Assembly (NCBI GenBank): GCA_002104945.1
Contig: MCFH01000039.1
Span: 434,001 to 498,000 of the forward strand
Source: Piromyces finnis finn
Taxonomy: Eukaryota; Fungi; Neocallimastigomycota
Reading direction: 5' to 3'
Length of the DNA stretch: 64,000 nucleotides
Shown here: positions 12,301-26,806 of the stretch, piece after piece
How the letters are laid out: the number at the start of each line of letters is the position of its first letter
Numbering within the stretch: position 1 is the stretch's first letter
Notes under the pieces: generated by a model
What the model saw: the letters and a program-made list of their open reading frames with translations, nothing else
What the model was told of the DNA's origin: nothing
The model's database searches: none
Position numbers and translations under genes: made by a program

Positions 12301-13140
12301 AATATTTGAAATATTTAAATTTAATTAAAATTCTTTTATTCCTTAAATTTAAATATTTCTCTTAATTTAATTTTAACGGAATTATTATAAAATAATTTAT
12401 TATTAAATTATTCCATAAAATTAATTCAAAAATTTTATAATTAATTTTAGTAAATATTAATTTATTATTTAATAATTAATAATTACTTATTAAATAATCT
12501 AAAGATTATATCTTTACACCCTGTTTTAATTGTATTCTTGTGGTTATTGACCGTCTCACTAAGATGTGCCATCCTATCCCTTTCAAAGGTATTCCACTGC
12601 TTCAGATACCGCTACCGCTTTTATTGATTACATCTTCCGCCTTCATGGTCTTCCTTCTTCTATTATTTCGGATAGAGGTTCTCATTTACCTCTAAATTTT
12701 TTCAGTCCCTTTGTAATTCTCTTGGTATTGACTTAAAATTATCTTCTCCTTTCCACCATCAGACTAATGGTCAAACTAAGAGGGTGAGCTTTAGCTTATA
12801 GAACAATACCTAAAATGTTTTTCGAACTACAAAGGTTCTAACTGGAAAAAATTTCTTAGCCTAGCAGAATTCAGCTAAAACAACGTGGTTCAAGAATCCT
12901 CGAAATTTTATCCATTTTTCTTGAATTATGGTTACCATCCAAGACACTCACCTATCATTCCAATGTACCAAGAGCTGAAGAATTTATCAAAGATTTCAAA
13001 TCTTTAATAGAGAAATTGAAAGAAAACTTGAAAAAGTGCTATAGATGTTCAAAGAAAGTATGAAAATAAATTAAAAAAAGAAACTCCAAAATTTGATATT
13101 GGTGACAAAGCTTGGTTAGATAGTTCTCTTATTATACATA
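9340..13140 (+). mobile_element. Decayed Ty3/Gypsy element: leader, gag, deletion of protease/RT, RNase H, integrase
   Basis: gag MDEINQNIF... (10347); WPTSKSVKDVQSFIGLANY joined directly to gag at ~10797; VETDSSNFAIG, YDKELLAI, NGKPDALSRRPD, CILVVIDRLTK; many frameshifts. Sibling of the element at 52570-58030. Confidence 0.88.
11876..12518 (-). mobile_element. Solo LTR-A, 643 bp, inserted in integrase
   Basis: TGTAAAAG...ATATCTTTACA with perfect TSD CCCTG. Confidence 0.9.
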
Positions 13141-13336
13141 AAATTTTAATAATCATTTTAATAATTTAATAAATAAAATTTTAAATATTTAAATATTAGA
13201 AAAACAAGTGTTTCTAATAATTTTTATGAAAAAATATTTTATAAATATAAATTATACGGTTATACTGTAAGATATAATATAATAATCACTTTTTGAAGTA
13301 AAATTCAAAATTATAAATTATTATTATTAAAACACA
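13141..13336 (-). repeat. LTR-G fragment (inverted)
   Basis: Reverse complement matches ~2810-3010 and ~15190-15390; ends AAAACACA. Confidence 0.5.
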
Positions 13337-13879
13337 GATAGTTAAAAATTAGAAATTTAAAACAACAAATGAAAAATATTAGAGATGCATATATAGAAGA
13401 AAAATTAGTGAAGATAAAGATGAAGATATGTAAGGAACTCCAAATTAAGAAATAGAAATAGAAGGTAAAGAAGAGCAAAATAATACAAATGAAATACCTT
13501 TAGAAGAAATTACTAATATAAAAGAACCTATCCAACCAATTGAAATTAATAATTCTAAATTCTACAATTGAAAAAAATTTTAAAAATAATAATGAAACAA
13601 ATAATATAAAAATAAAATTTTAAAAATAATAATGAAACAAATAATATAAAAATAAAGAAAAATTCTGTCAAACCCAAAACAACTACAAAAGAAATATGAC
13701 AGAAATCTAAATATTAAAAACTAAAAATATATTTATATTTAGTATAATCAAAGAAGCAAATAATTTATATCCAAAAATAAGTCTTTCTCAATTACTTTCT
13801 GCTATTCTATCATTTAGAAAAGAATTAGAACAAGGTGGCTAACCTAAAGTTAAAAAAGCGATGTACTCATTTAAAAATT

Positions 13880-14930
13880 CTAATATCCATTAATAATTGG
13901 TGATATAGATGGAAAATATTTAAAAATTCTTTATGATACTGGTGTAAATGTCATTATCATTACTACAAATAGTTTTAATAAATTATCAAATAAAAATATT
14001 TATGAGGAACAGAATATTACTATAGCTAATGGTACTACTGTTCCTACAAATAGTTTCACTACATTAAAAATAAATATTAATAATTGTTGTATATAACATT
14101 ATTAACAATAATGATACTAATGATATTCCTTTAATGAATTCTATAATTATTTCAAAAGAAGAAAACCAAGAATTTAAAGATACATTAAAAGAAATTTTAA
14201 ATTCAACACCTGATATTACTATATCAGAATTTGAAAATATTATAAATAAATAAATATAAAAATTGCATGGCTACATCAATATCTCAATTAACTACTGCTG
14301 ATTTAGAATCACACTCTATAATTACTAATACCAGTAAACCAATAAAATTAAAACCATATAAATTATCTAAAGAACGTACTAATATTTTAAAAAGTGAAAT
14401 TCTTTCATTATTTAATAAGGTTTAATTACTCTCTCTCACTCTCCATGGTCATTTCAAGTTTTACTTTTTCAAAAGAAAAATAGTAAAATTAAGAATGTAT
14501 ATTGATTATAGAAAACTTAATGATTCTTATGCACTTCCTTTTATTGATGAATTAATCTCTTCTTTTAATGGTGCAAAAAGTATTTTCTGCTATAGATTTA
14601 TATTCTGGTTACCATCAAATTCCTATTAACTAAAATGATATTGAAAAAACAACTTTTACAACTAAATTTGGTAATTATAATTTTAAAGTATTACCGTTTG
14701 GTTTAGCTAATATTCCTACGACATCCCAGAGAGAAATGAGTAAGATAATAATCGATAAATGTCTTTTTGTTTATATCGATGATATTGTTGTCTATTTTAA
14801 AATCATCAGAATAACAACTCAGACATTTACAAGTTTTTGGAATATTATCTAAATATAATCTTTCCCTTAATTTATAAAGTGTAAATTCTTTCGTGAAAAA
14901 GTAGAAGTATTGGGGCATGTACTTTCTCTA
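13880..14930 (+). pseudogene. pol: Decayed Gypsy protease + RT
   Basis: KILYDTGVNV; KPYKLSK; HSPWSF; IDYRKLND; IDLYSGYHQIP; KFGNYNFKVLPFGL; many stops. Related to the element at 44274-47822. Confidence 0.8.
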
Positions 14931-15184
14931 ATAAAAAAATTTTGAATAAATTTGCGGTAATAAATTACTAAAGCTAGAAATTATCTTAACTCATTAACAT
15001 TTTTTGAAGCATTCCATAAAGCAATACTATGAACTTTAAAAGAATCTTTTTTAATCCATTAGGTGTAAGTACATGTTCTATGATTAAACTAATTTCAGAG
15101 AATATTTTATTATTCTATATGAAATTTTTATGTAAAGAAAATTTTATATTTACCTTATTTTGATTCTCCGGTTTGAATGATCAT

Positions 15185-15560
15185 TGATATAATTTTATAA
15201 TAATCTTAATTTTGAAATCTTATTCTTATTCAAAAAGTGATTATTATATCTTTATATTTATAAAATATTGTTTTATTAAAATCATTAAAATTGTTTTATA
15301 ATAACACTAAATTGTTTCATTGGAAACTTTCGTTTTTCTAATATTTAAATGTTTAAAATTTTATTTATTAAATTATTAAAATGATTATTAAAATTATAAA
15401 AATATTAACTAAACTATTTAATATTTTTCTTGTTAATAATAATAATGATTAAAATAAGAATATTTACATGTATTTATATTTTCTTTTAAATTTAAACTAT
15501 TTACTTTAAAATAATAAATTAATAACTATTTACAATAAAAGTAATAAAAGTAATTAAAAA
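15185..15560 (+). repeat. LTR-G copy
   Basis: Starts TGATATAATT; aligns with 2807-3200. Confidence 0.5.
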
Positions 15561-16949
15561 TAACACACAAAACTAAAAATTTAAAATAATAAAGCAAAAA
15601 CTTAAAACCTAATTATTTACTTTGTATTTTAAACTGGGTTATCATTATTATTGAGTTATTCATATTAGAATAATTATTTTATAATTTCAAACTTGTTTAT
15701 CCATTTTTTTATTGATACTTGATTAATATATATACATATATAAAATTTGTATTAAAATTTGTAGAGAATCCGTGTGAAGCAAAATAAAATAATATGAAAA
15801 TAATATTATAATATATTAATAAAAGTGTTTAATAAAACCATTTTTAATATTTATTACTTTAATTAGTTGTAAAATAAAAAATAACAATAAAAGAAATAAT
15901 TAAATTTTAATGGTAGAAATGAGTTTAATGGGTTGTATAGTAATTTCAGTCAAATGCATATTCATATGATATAAGTAATAATCATAATGATATGTACATT
16001 TATAACAGCATGAATAATAATTACATTAATAGAATATTCCAAACAATATGTTTAAAACAATATTATTCTTAAAAGCCTACAAAGTAAAAGAAATGGTATA
16101 AATTACAATAATCGAAATCAGAGAAATGAAAAAGAAAATTCTGGCAAGATAATAACAAAAAAAATTGTATTTATAATAATAAACAACGTTCTAATGAAAA
16201 TTCAAATAATTAGAATATGGGAGAAGGATAATTTCCTGTAATCAAACCAATTCAGAGGCTTATTTTAATTCAATTAAAATGCCTTTAAATAATAATAATA
16301 ATAATGAAATAAATGAAAATATTATATTTATAAATAGTGACACCAATAATTTAAATGAAACCAAACTATTTTATAATGATAATGATAATAATAATAATGA
16401 TAACAATATAAATAGCTATGATTATAATCAAAATAATAATATTTATAATAATGACAGGGAGAATTATAAAAATGATATTCAATAATATTCATATAAGTTC
16501 ATATTATTATTATTTCCATTAATAATATTTTTAATAATAATAATTATGATGATGAATATGATTATCAAAAAAATAACAAAATATATGAAAAAACTAGAGA
16601 AACAATAATAATGAATTTAATAATATATATATAAGGAAAAATCTTTGTAGTGAATTAGATAAGTATATTACTCAACAATTAGATAAAAATACCACCTCCT
16701 TATTAGAACATATGGATATATGGATGTTAGCACAACTCAAGAGTTGTGCTGGCTCTCTGAAGAAGTGAAGATTAATTTTGTTATTGTTATCAAATATAAA
16801 GATGGTATTGCTTCTATGACTATGAACAAACTATGTAATAATTCAAAAAATAATTTTAAACGCAAAACTTAAAACTTTAATTATAACTATTTTATTCATT
16901 TATTTTTATCTAATTATGAAGAACGTTATAATACTAAAGATTAAGAAGA

Positions 16950-19285
16950 TTTTAAATTAGAAGTACCAGAGCCATATCGCGATTTAGCCGAAGTTTTTAG
17001 CAAAATTAAAGCTGATAAGCTACCACCACATTGGCTAACGGATTGCAAAATTGTATTACAAAAGGATGCTCCCTTACATTATGGTCCTATATATCCTCCA
17101 TCTGAAGATGAATCTCAAGTTCCTAAAGAATAAATAGATGAAAATATCAAGAAAGGATTCATTCGACCATCTGAATCTCCAACTGGTTATCCTTTTTTAT
17201 TTCAGAAAAAGGATGGATCGTTACGTCTTTGTATAAACTACAAAATATTAAATGCAGTTAAAATGCTCCAGCAACATTTCAATCATTTATCAATTAAGTA
17301 TTACGCTCTTATTTAGAAAATTTGTTATTTTATATTTAGATGATATTCTGATTTATTTTGAAACACTAGATGAACATATACAACATGTTCGTACTGTCCT
17401 CCAAATATTACATACTCAATAATAATTTATTTGCTAAATTAAAATCGAATTTCACAAGTCAGAAGTTGAATTCTTAGGACACATCATATCAGGTAATGAA
17501 ATCTCTACTGATCCCAAGATAATTAAGTCTGCTTAGGAATGGACTACACCTACTCGTGTAAAGGATGTTCAACGTTTTGTTGGACTATGCAATTATTATA
17601 GAAGATTTATAAAAGGTTTTGCCACAATTGCAAAACCGCTCCTCATTTTATCAAAGAAAAATAATATTTTCAATTGGAACGATAAATGTAATAATTCATT
17701 TTAAAATTAAAAAAGAGGCTAATCTCTTCACCTATTTTATTACATCCAGAACTAAAACAAACCATTTATTGTCGAATGCGATGCTAGTAATTTTGCCATA
17801 TATTTGTACTCTTTCTCAGAAAGATGAAAATAATAAATTATATCTGTAGCATATTATTCAAAATGTTTAAACAATGCTGAATTAAATTATTCAATTACTG
17901 AAAAAGAACTCTTAGCCATAAAATGTGCATTTTCTACCTATAGACATTTATTACTGTTTTTACAGACCATAAAAGTACTCTATATACTTTAGATGGCAAG
18001 GTTGGAAACCAACGTCAACATTTATTTTCCCAAGAATATAATTTTCAATTAATATACCACCAAAGAAGAAAAAATGGTAAATCTGATAGTTTATCTAGAA
18101 GACCTGATTACGAGAGAAATAATGTTGAGCCTAAGCCAGAACATATACTAGATTATAAAAACGTTCCTGATACTCCATGTTTTTTTGACATTGTTGATTC
18201 TCTTATTGATCAAATAATAGAAAATTATAAGGACGACGAAAACGCGAAATAATATTTATCTTTACTTTAGTCCTAATAATATTAATCAATGCTACTTTTA
18301 TGGACCTTTCATTAAATTTTATGTAATAATTTAATTTATGTACCAGAAAAACTTAATGTAGATATTTTAACTAAGTACCATGATAATGCTACTGCTGGTC
18401 ATTTAGATATTCAAAAAACTGAAGAACTAATTACCCGTAATTTTTGGTGGCCTAAAATGCATCAAGATATCGTAAACTTTGTCAACTCTTGTGAACAATG
18501 TTAATAGACACAAAAGATATGGTCTTTTAAGACCTTTAGAAATTCCTGACCGCCCTTGAAAATCAATTGAAATCAATTTTCTTTGTGGTCTCCCTGAATC
18601 AAAAAAGTTTTCCGTTATAATGGTTGTAGTAGATCGTTTTTCAAAAATGATTCACCTTATTCCTTTCAAAGAAATACCTACGGCTGAAGAAACTTCTAAA
18701 GCTTTCTTAAAAAATATTTTTAAACTTCATTGACTATCTATAGATATTTATACAGACAGAGGAACACAATTTACTAGTGCTTTATGGATAGAAATTATGG
18801 AAAAATTACGTGTTAAGCCAAGAATAGATACCACAGATCACCACGAAACCATCGTCAAATAGAACGTTGAAACTCTTACAATATTTATGTTGTTATTCAA
18901 GAATATTTTTCCACGATAATTGGATTGGATTGATTCTTAACATTTAGCTGAATTTGTTTACAATAATTCATAAATCTATCAAACAACAACATTTAGCTGA
19001 ATTTGTTTACAATAATTCATAAATCTATCAAACAACAACATTTAGCTGAATTTGTTTACAATAATTCATAAATCTATCAAACAAACAACATCTTTCATTA
19101 ATTATAGGTTCCACCCTCCTATGGATGATGTTCTAAACAATGGTAATTATAAAATTGATATTTCAAAATCGCCTTTCCCAAAGCATCACCCAATATTCCA
19201 CATTTCTGAACTAGAACCTTATATATCAACACCAGATAAATTCAGAAATATATTCAAATATAAAGAAACTAATGCAGAAAAAATA
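16950..19285 (+). pseudogene. pol: Decayed Gypsy pol (RT, RNase H, integrase)
   Basis: [91 protein letters not shown]; many stops and frameshifts. Confidence 0.88.
18939..19085 (+). repeat. 49-bp direct repeat x3 within the integrase remnant
   Basis: AACATTTAGCTGAATTTGTTTACAATAATTCATAAATCTATCAAACAAC repeated three times with no spacers. Confidence 0.92.
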
Positions 19286-19410
19286 GAAATTGGCGACTTT
19301 AGGACAAATTATAAAGAAAACGCTACGAATATAGAACTTAGGCGGTGTTTATAACAAATTCTATATTCGTAGCGTTTTTCTATATAATTTGTCCTAAAGT
19401 CGCCAATTTC
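19286..19410. repeat. Fold-back element: ~51-bp inverted arms, 22-nt loop, TA flanks
   Basis: GAAATTGGCGACTTTAGGACAAATTATAAAGAAAACGCTACGAATATAGAA and its near-perfect reverse complement. Confidence 0.88.
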
Positions 19411-19465
19411 TAAGTTGGCATTGGGTTTCTGCTACAGTGATAGGATTCAAACAAATTAAACCTAC

Positions 19466-21051
19466 TGTAAAAGTTTTATAAAATTTAAAACATATTATAA
19501 AATTTTACAATAAAACAAAAAAACAAGAAAAGTATATTTAAATATCTCTTATTAATTTTATTTAGTTATTAACTAAATAATAGTCAATAACAATTACATT
19601 GTTTTAATTAAGAAATTTTACATATATTTATATTTTTTGCAAAATATATTTTAATATACTATTTTATTTAATTATACATATATTCAATATAAAATAAACA
19701 AAACTAATTTAATACTAATTTAATTAAATAATAAAATAATAAAACTAAACTAAAACTAATTAAATACACTTTTGATTCAATTTGAGTAAACTACAAATTG
19801 AATACAGTCCATGTATTACCTATATATTAATTAAGTATTAATAATACTATTTATTATATATTTGCTATTAAAAAAATGTTAATTTAAACTACGCTAAAGT
19901 TATTAAACTAATTTTAATTAAATAATATCAAAGTTATTATTAGAATAACTTGATATAAAGTAAATATAGACAATACTTCAACATAACATGTTCCTTCCAA
20001 CTACAATGAAGCTATTAATGATTATGATGCAGTTGAGTGGGTAGAAGCAATTAATGAAGAACTTTCAAATCTATACAATAACAATATTATGACGTTTGTT
20101 AAATCTGTTCCTCCTGGTAAAAACATAATAACAACGAAGTGGGTCTTCTCAACCAAAAAGGACACTAATAATAAAATAATAAAATACAAAGCCAGGTTGG
20201 TTGCAAGAGGTTTCACTCAGAAAATGTGAACAACCAACAGTATCCGACTGGTATAAAATTAAAAATATCCTGAGATACTTAAACACAACAAAGGAATACA
20301 AGATCAAATATGATGGTAAAGGTGAAATAACAGGATATACTGATTCGGACTTTGCTGGTGATTTAAATGATAGAAAATCGACTTCCGGGAATATTATATT
20401 AATGGGAAGAAGTCCTATCTGTTGGAAATCAAAGAAACAAAGTATTGTAGCTACCAGTACAGCTGAAGCCGAATATATAGCTACATCGGAATGCTTAAAA
20501 CAAATGTTATGGATAAAAAATATCATTAATGAACTATTTGGAGTCAATAAAACTGTAACAATATATACGGATAATCTACCAAGCTTGAGAAGTATAGAAA
20601 ATGAAGAACTTAATACAAAACTAAAACACATAAGTATAAAATATCACTTCAATAAACACTATATAAATAATAAAGAAATTCAATTAAAATATATAGATAC
20701 AAATAACATGCTAGCAGACACATTAACAAAATTTGTTAATGGAAATAAAATGACTAACTTCGCAAACCAAAATTTTTAATTTTAAAAAGTAGGTTTGAGG
20801 GGGAATATTAGAATATCTTAGAATAATTTAATATAAAATAAAATAAATACAAGTTAAGCCACATACTTGATATAAAATATTTAACACCACAAATTAAGAT
20901 ATAAAATAATAATGTAAAAATTTATTAAGCCTTGTAATTATCTTTAATAAAATTTTATTTAATAAATAAAGTTATATTAAAACCTAAATTTATCAATTAT
21001 AATTATTAATTAATTATTAAATAATTTAAAAATATATTTAATATCTTTACA
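19466..21051 (-). mobile_element. Solo LTR-A carrying a nested, truncated Copia
   Basis: TGTAAAAG at 19466 and ATATCTTTACA at 21051; flanks CCTAC/CCCAC (1 mismatch); a Gypsy RT remnant appears to continue across the site. Confidence 0.6.
19930..20779 (+). pseudogene. pol: Ty1/Copia RT (internally deleted) + RNase H fragment, followed by PPT (GAGGGGGAA) and LTR start at ~20806
   Basis: KWVFSTKK, YKARLVARGF; then GYTDSDFAGD, ICWKSKKQSIVATSTAEAEYIA, YTDN, KHISIKYHF, MLADTLTK. Confidence 0.88.
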
Positions 21052-21830
21052 CCCACCTTCAATAAACAAATCAGTCTAAAAAAAAGCCATACTCATAAAG
21101 AATATCAACAATTATATGGCTTCCTTAATTATTTTAAAGATTACATTCCTAACTTTATGGAAAAACGAAGAACATTTCTATTGGGTTATATAATAAAGTA
21201 ACTACCTGGACTAAATAGATGGAAGAAGAATTAAAGTTTTTGTTGACTTCATCCATAACCTTCCCAATTTAGCTTCATTCCAACCTAACCTTGATATATT
21301 TATTATAACCAACGCCTCAGAAATCGGTATTGGTGCGGCAATTTTTCAAATGGGGGACAAAAATGATATTATCAGTAATTATATTATAAAAAACGTATGA
21401 AAAAATGATAATCGGGAAGGAATCGGAAATATTTTTTGACAAAAAATGGACATTAAAAAGGAACCAAAATATAAATCCGATAAAAGGAAGGATCGTGATA
21501 GGATAATACCTCCACCTAGAGAAATCAATGAAGAAAGAAACTTATTCGAGATAAAATTAAAATCCCTAGAGAGTTTAAAGAAAATATTAAAATCTATTGG
21601 ATAAGTTAAATAAAACCGAATAAAAATTTAGTTGTGTATATAAATAGTGGATCAAAAGTTGAAATAAACTGAAAACTCAGACTTTTTGAAAACATTTGCC
21701 AGTATAATATAATACCTTGTTATTGAAGGTAAAGATAATAAAAATGCAGATTACTTATCAAGATTCGTAGAAGAAGAAAACTATTTATCCGAGGAAGGGG
21801 CAAAACAAGGGAAAATATTGATAGGGAAAT
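21052..21830 (+). pseudogene. Highly decayed Gypsy RT/RNase H remnant
   Basis: YGFLNYFKDYIPNF; IITNASEIGIGAAIFQ; FIEGKDNKNADYLSRF. Confidence 0.65.
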
Positions 21831-23264
21831 TTATCAGAAAACAATAGAAAGCTTAATAAGGAGAATAAAAATGAAGAATTAATAAAATTCTTAATGAATA
21901 AATATGATCGAAGTGACCCAAGATATCAAGAATTATTAATTCAATTCAATAGAAATATTAGAAAAAAATTTTATTTTTAAATTATATCAAATTTATTAAT
22001 AATTTTCACTAACATTATGTTTTACTATAAATTGTATTATTCATCTAATATATTTCAACATAAATTTCAAAAAAATTTTCAATTCTTAAATTTTTTGGAT
22101 CCAACAATTCTATCAATTTATGTAATTTAAACACAAAATTTAATAATAAAAATATGAAATTTCAAGAAAATAACTTTCATTTTCTTTTAACAATACAATT
22201 TCTAAAATTTACGTGTTGTTAATGTTTATTTTATTCTCTATTCATTAATATCAATTTCTACATTGTCACTTTTTCGATTGAAATTTAATTCAATATTCTT
22301 TCAGTGACAATTTTCAAAAATTTTTATTACAATTGAAAAAAATTTTCAAAATCATATTAATTAAAGTTTATTTAATCACTTTTTGAAATTTTAATTATTT
22401 TATTTTAGCAAATATTAACATTTTTCAAAAATAAAGAGATTCATTATCCTAGGTATAACATTTCTTATTCAAATCTTAATTTTTCGTGCTAATTTCAATT
22501 TTTTCACACAATGAACAATTTGAATTTCAACATTTCTAACCCCTAATGATATACATTGTCTTCTTAAACTTAAACTTTTTTATTAATATTATTGTAGATT
22601 TATTATTAAAATTAAAATGATACCACTATTTATTCATAGTAAAAGTTCACTTTTGAAAAATAAATTTATATACTTCTTAAAATAAATATTGTTTTAATCT
22701 TTGTGAAAATAATATTATAATAAAAAAACTTTTTTCATTTAAATTATATTATCTATGTATAAATACTATTTATAAATATTGTACATTTAAAAATTCGATA
22801 TTAATATTATAATACTATTTTCTTATATTATCACATTTATAATATCCATGTGCTTTGAGCAAAAAGATAAATGTATTTTTAAAAATATCTCAACAAATAT
22901 AAAAGATACGACTTTCAAATTTCAATATGTGCTTCATACATACTGTGCCCAACTTTGTTGCAATTAGCAAAATCTGTGATTTTTTTTACTACCGAATTCT
23001 CTGCAATAACCTATACTTAAAACAAAAAGTTTAAAAAACTTATAAAATTAAAATCTATATTAATTTGAAGATGAGGAGTATATCTTATAAAACAATACAA
23101 AAACAATAAAAAACATTATTATAGCATGCAAAAAAAAATAAAAAAAAAATGTGATTTAAAATTGCACAAAATCCTCAACAAGCAACAACAAAAAAAATAT
23201 TAACTTACATTATATTATTTTATATTATAATTTCATTACTATATTAAAAAAATGAAATGTAAAT

Positions 23265-23595
23265 GCACAATACACAACACACAACACACAACACACAAAA
23301 AGAAAAATATATATATATATATATTATTTTTTATTTATAGATTTTTTTTTATTAATGTATTATTATTTTTATTAGAAAATTGAAATGCAAACAACACAAT
23401 TACACACCACCACAACACACAAAAGAAAAAATATATATATATATATTTTATTTCTTTTATTTTTTTTATTAATTTATTATTTATTATATACATAAAGAAT
23501 TTTAAAATAAAATACATTAAAAAATTAAAGTTTTCAATAAATGGCAACCCTACGGAATTTTTTTCATTTTCCAACTTAATTTATTATTGCCATTG

Positions 23596-23630
<35 letters not shown>

Positions 23631-23655
23631 GTTGTTGTTGTTGTTGTTGTTATTA
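23265..23655. repeat. Microsatellite cluster: (ACACAAC)n, (AT)n, (ATT)n-(GTT)n
   Basis: Directly visible simple repeats. Confidence 0.85.
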
Positions 23656-26523
23656 TGTTGTTTTCGTTGTTTTTAAAAATTATAGTTATTTTTTAGAATA
23701 TAAAAAAATATTAATAAAAAGACATTTTTAAAAAGTAAATAATAAAAATATAATATATAAAAACTTACCTTTATTTCCTGTTTTTTGTTGTTGTAATTGT
23801 CGTTGATGATGAAAATGAAGATGATGTTGTTATTGTTGTAGTTGTCGTTGATGATGATTGTTGGAGTTATTTATAAAATATAAAAAAAATATTAATAAAT
23901 AAAAAAAAAACATTTTTAAAATATAAATAATAAAAATATATAATATATAAAACTTACCGTTTATTTTCCTGTTTTTAGTTAATATAACATATATAAATAA
24001 ATAAAGTATTAGTATAAAAAAATTTAAAAATTAATAAATTATAAATATAAAACTTACCTTCTTAAAAATAATAAATAGAGCGAAAAAGAGGGTATAATGA
24101 TAAAAGCATTTCTATCCCTTTTATACTCTTTTTTTTAATTTTTCTTAATATTAATAAGTTAATATATATTATATTATATTATATTATATTGTATTATATT
24201 AAAGTTTATTATAACATTTTAAAGTGTATATTAAATATTCTATATTATTTTACTTTATTTTAAATAATAAGATTTTATATTAATTAATAAAAGTATTAAA
24301 ACTTTATTTATTATATTTTTACTATGTAGATTAAAATTATTTCAATTTTATTTAATATAAATTTTTAAACCTTATTTATTATATTTTTATTTTCATTCTT
24401 ATTAAAGTAGATTTTACTATGAAATAAAAAAAAATAAAGTGAAAATAAAAGATAATTAAATATAATTATTATAATCATTTATGTTTAATTAGATTTATAG
24501 ATTCTTTCTCATATTTATGCATAATTAAGCTATTAAATATTAAGTTAGTAATAATATAAATGATGATAAACTTAATTATTACTATTTGAAAAATGAATTA
24601 ATTATTATTTCATTTAATAGCAATATAAAAAATCAATGTTAAAAAAATTGTTTTTCATTTTTTTAAAGTCACAAAAAAATAAAACTATAGAGAGATTTGT
24701 ATATTCGTATATCCGTTTATTTGTATATTTTCATATTATTTAATTTATATATTTTTTTTAAAAAAATATAATCTTTTAAATCAAAATAATTTTATATTTA
24801 AATTTTGTAATTTTTATATTTAAAAAATAAGTTGTTACCATTATGTTATTTATTTAGAATATATCATAAATTAATATAGATTATATCATATATTAACATA
24901 ATAAATCGATGAAGGATAATGTAATAAGTAATAAAATAATAAATTTTATTAATGTACATTTATTACCAAAATGTATGTATAACACTCACCAAAATGTATA
25001 ACTTGTATTAAAAAATTCATGTATTTTTATGAATTTTTAGCAAAAACGTAAAATGTAGCACTGATGTATTAATTACTTCAAGATAATAATGCTATATATT
25101 TACATCAAAAGAAAATATATATATTTAAAATAATAATCTTGGGCTGAGCTATTTTTTTTTTTATATATTTTTGCCATATTCCCTTGTTATTATAGTCGAG
25201 AAAAAAGTATATATAACGTATATATTACAGATTTTTTTTACACTAATTATATTTGATACTCAAGAATAAAAAAATAAAAAATAAACTTTTTTTATATCAA
25301 CATTTTCTAAATATATATATATATATATATAAATATTTCCACCACAAACTACATAATTATCATTATGTTAAATATTAGTTTTATTTGATCCATCCATACT
25401 AGCATCCTTTAAAAATTTCTATTCTTTAAATAATATATATTTTTATATTGATTTGAATCAATTTTTATATTTTCAATAAATATTAATACACAGTAATGCT
25501 TATTACAACTTATAATAATAATAAAATGATAATTTATTATACTATATAATATTATATTTATCAATAGTTTATCTAATATATGATTGTATATTAACAAAAT
25601 AAATGGATTTTATTATTATTGTAAATTATATATCATATGGAAATAATATATAATATATTGTTTTATACATTTATTAAAAAAGTATATTTTTTATTAATTT
25701 CTAATAAAACTTTATTTAATAAAAAATTAATACAAAATTATGTTAATCAAAATAAATAAAAAAACATGGTTAAATATCATTTTATTAATTATTTAATAAA
25801 AAAATTATTAACTGGTTTAATAGTCACTAATATTTTATATCCTTTTATTCAATATTTAATAATAAAAAAATAATAATATTAGAAAGTTTTCAATTTAAAG
25901 AAAAAATAATAATAATTAAATTAAATATATAACAGAAAAATATTTATTAGATATTTAAATTTGCTATTTCTCTTTTTTAGTTTTCTACTATAAAATCATT
26001 TACATTAAAATTATTTTTAATTAAAAAATGGTGACATTAAAATATACTTAATATAATATAATATAATAATATACTATAAAATTTATTATAAATTTTATTC
26101 ATAGTATATATGTATTTTAAATAAACTATATTATTTATCTATTTATTTATTTATTTGTTTATTTATTCCATTAAATATTATTTTACTACAAAATTATTTA
26201 TCAACATAGCAAATGTTGACAAATTGCATATATTAAGTAATATAACTTATAATATATCAGTTTAAATTATTCTATGCATTTTCCTATATAATTATTACAT
26301 TAGTTTAATTAAATATTATTTATTATTAATTTATTACATATATCATATGCTTTCTAGAATTGATTATAATATATTATTATAATTTATTTTTATATATTTA
26401 CTATTATATTTACTAATTTGAAAATAAATTTTCTATTTGTGAAATAAATTTAATTAATAAATAATTTTATTAATAAGGTTAACAAAGAGAAAAAGTTACA
26501 TTGTAAATATTACAGTTATATAA

Positions 26524-26708
26524 TGTGATACAAGGTCATGTGACCATATAAAATAAAATAAAATAAATAACAAATAACTATCTCTACAACACGTAGACAT
26601 TACGTTTACAACACTTTTAATACATGTTTATGTTTTTATAAATTAGTCACGTGTGTTTATAAATATATGATATAAATAAATAAAATTATGTGTCCATAAA
26701 TGTTCACA
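26524..26708 (-). mobile_element. Copia 3' LTR (putative, 185 bp)
   Basis: Starts TGTGAAC after the PPT. End placed at ...GTATCACA from the TGTGA/TCACA terminal inverted repeat; no second LTR is available to confirm it. Confidence 0.5.
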
Positions 26709-26806
26709 CTCCCCCTCAAATTAGATTTTCTTTAAGAATATCTTATTTGTATATTCAAACATTCTTGGACCAGGTAGATCTTTAGTTAAAGGGTCAGCTA
26801 GCATTT

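Noticed and set aside
15900-16900. Asn-rich ORF 16279-16485 and surroundings as a gene
   Set aside because: Low complexity, short and riddled with stops; possibly a decayed gag but no diagnostic motif is visible.
18939-19085. CRISPR-like array
   Set aside because: Units are contiguous with no spacers, derive from integrase coding sequence (LAEFVYNNS), and the context is eukaryotic.
22040-23000. Coding-like stretch on the minus strand
   Set aside because: Multiple stops and no motif I can recognise; needs a translated database search.
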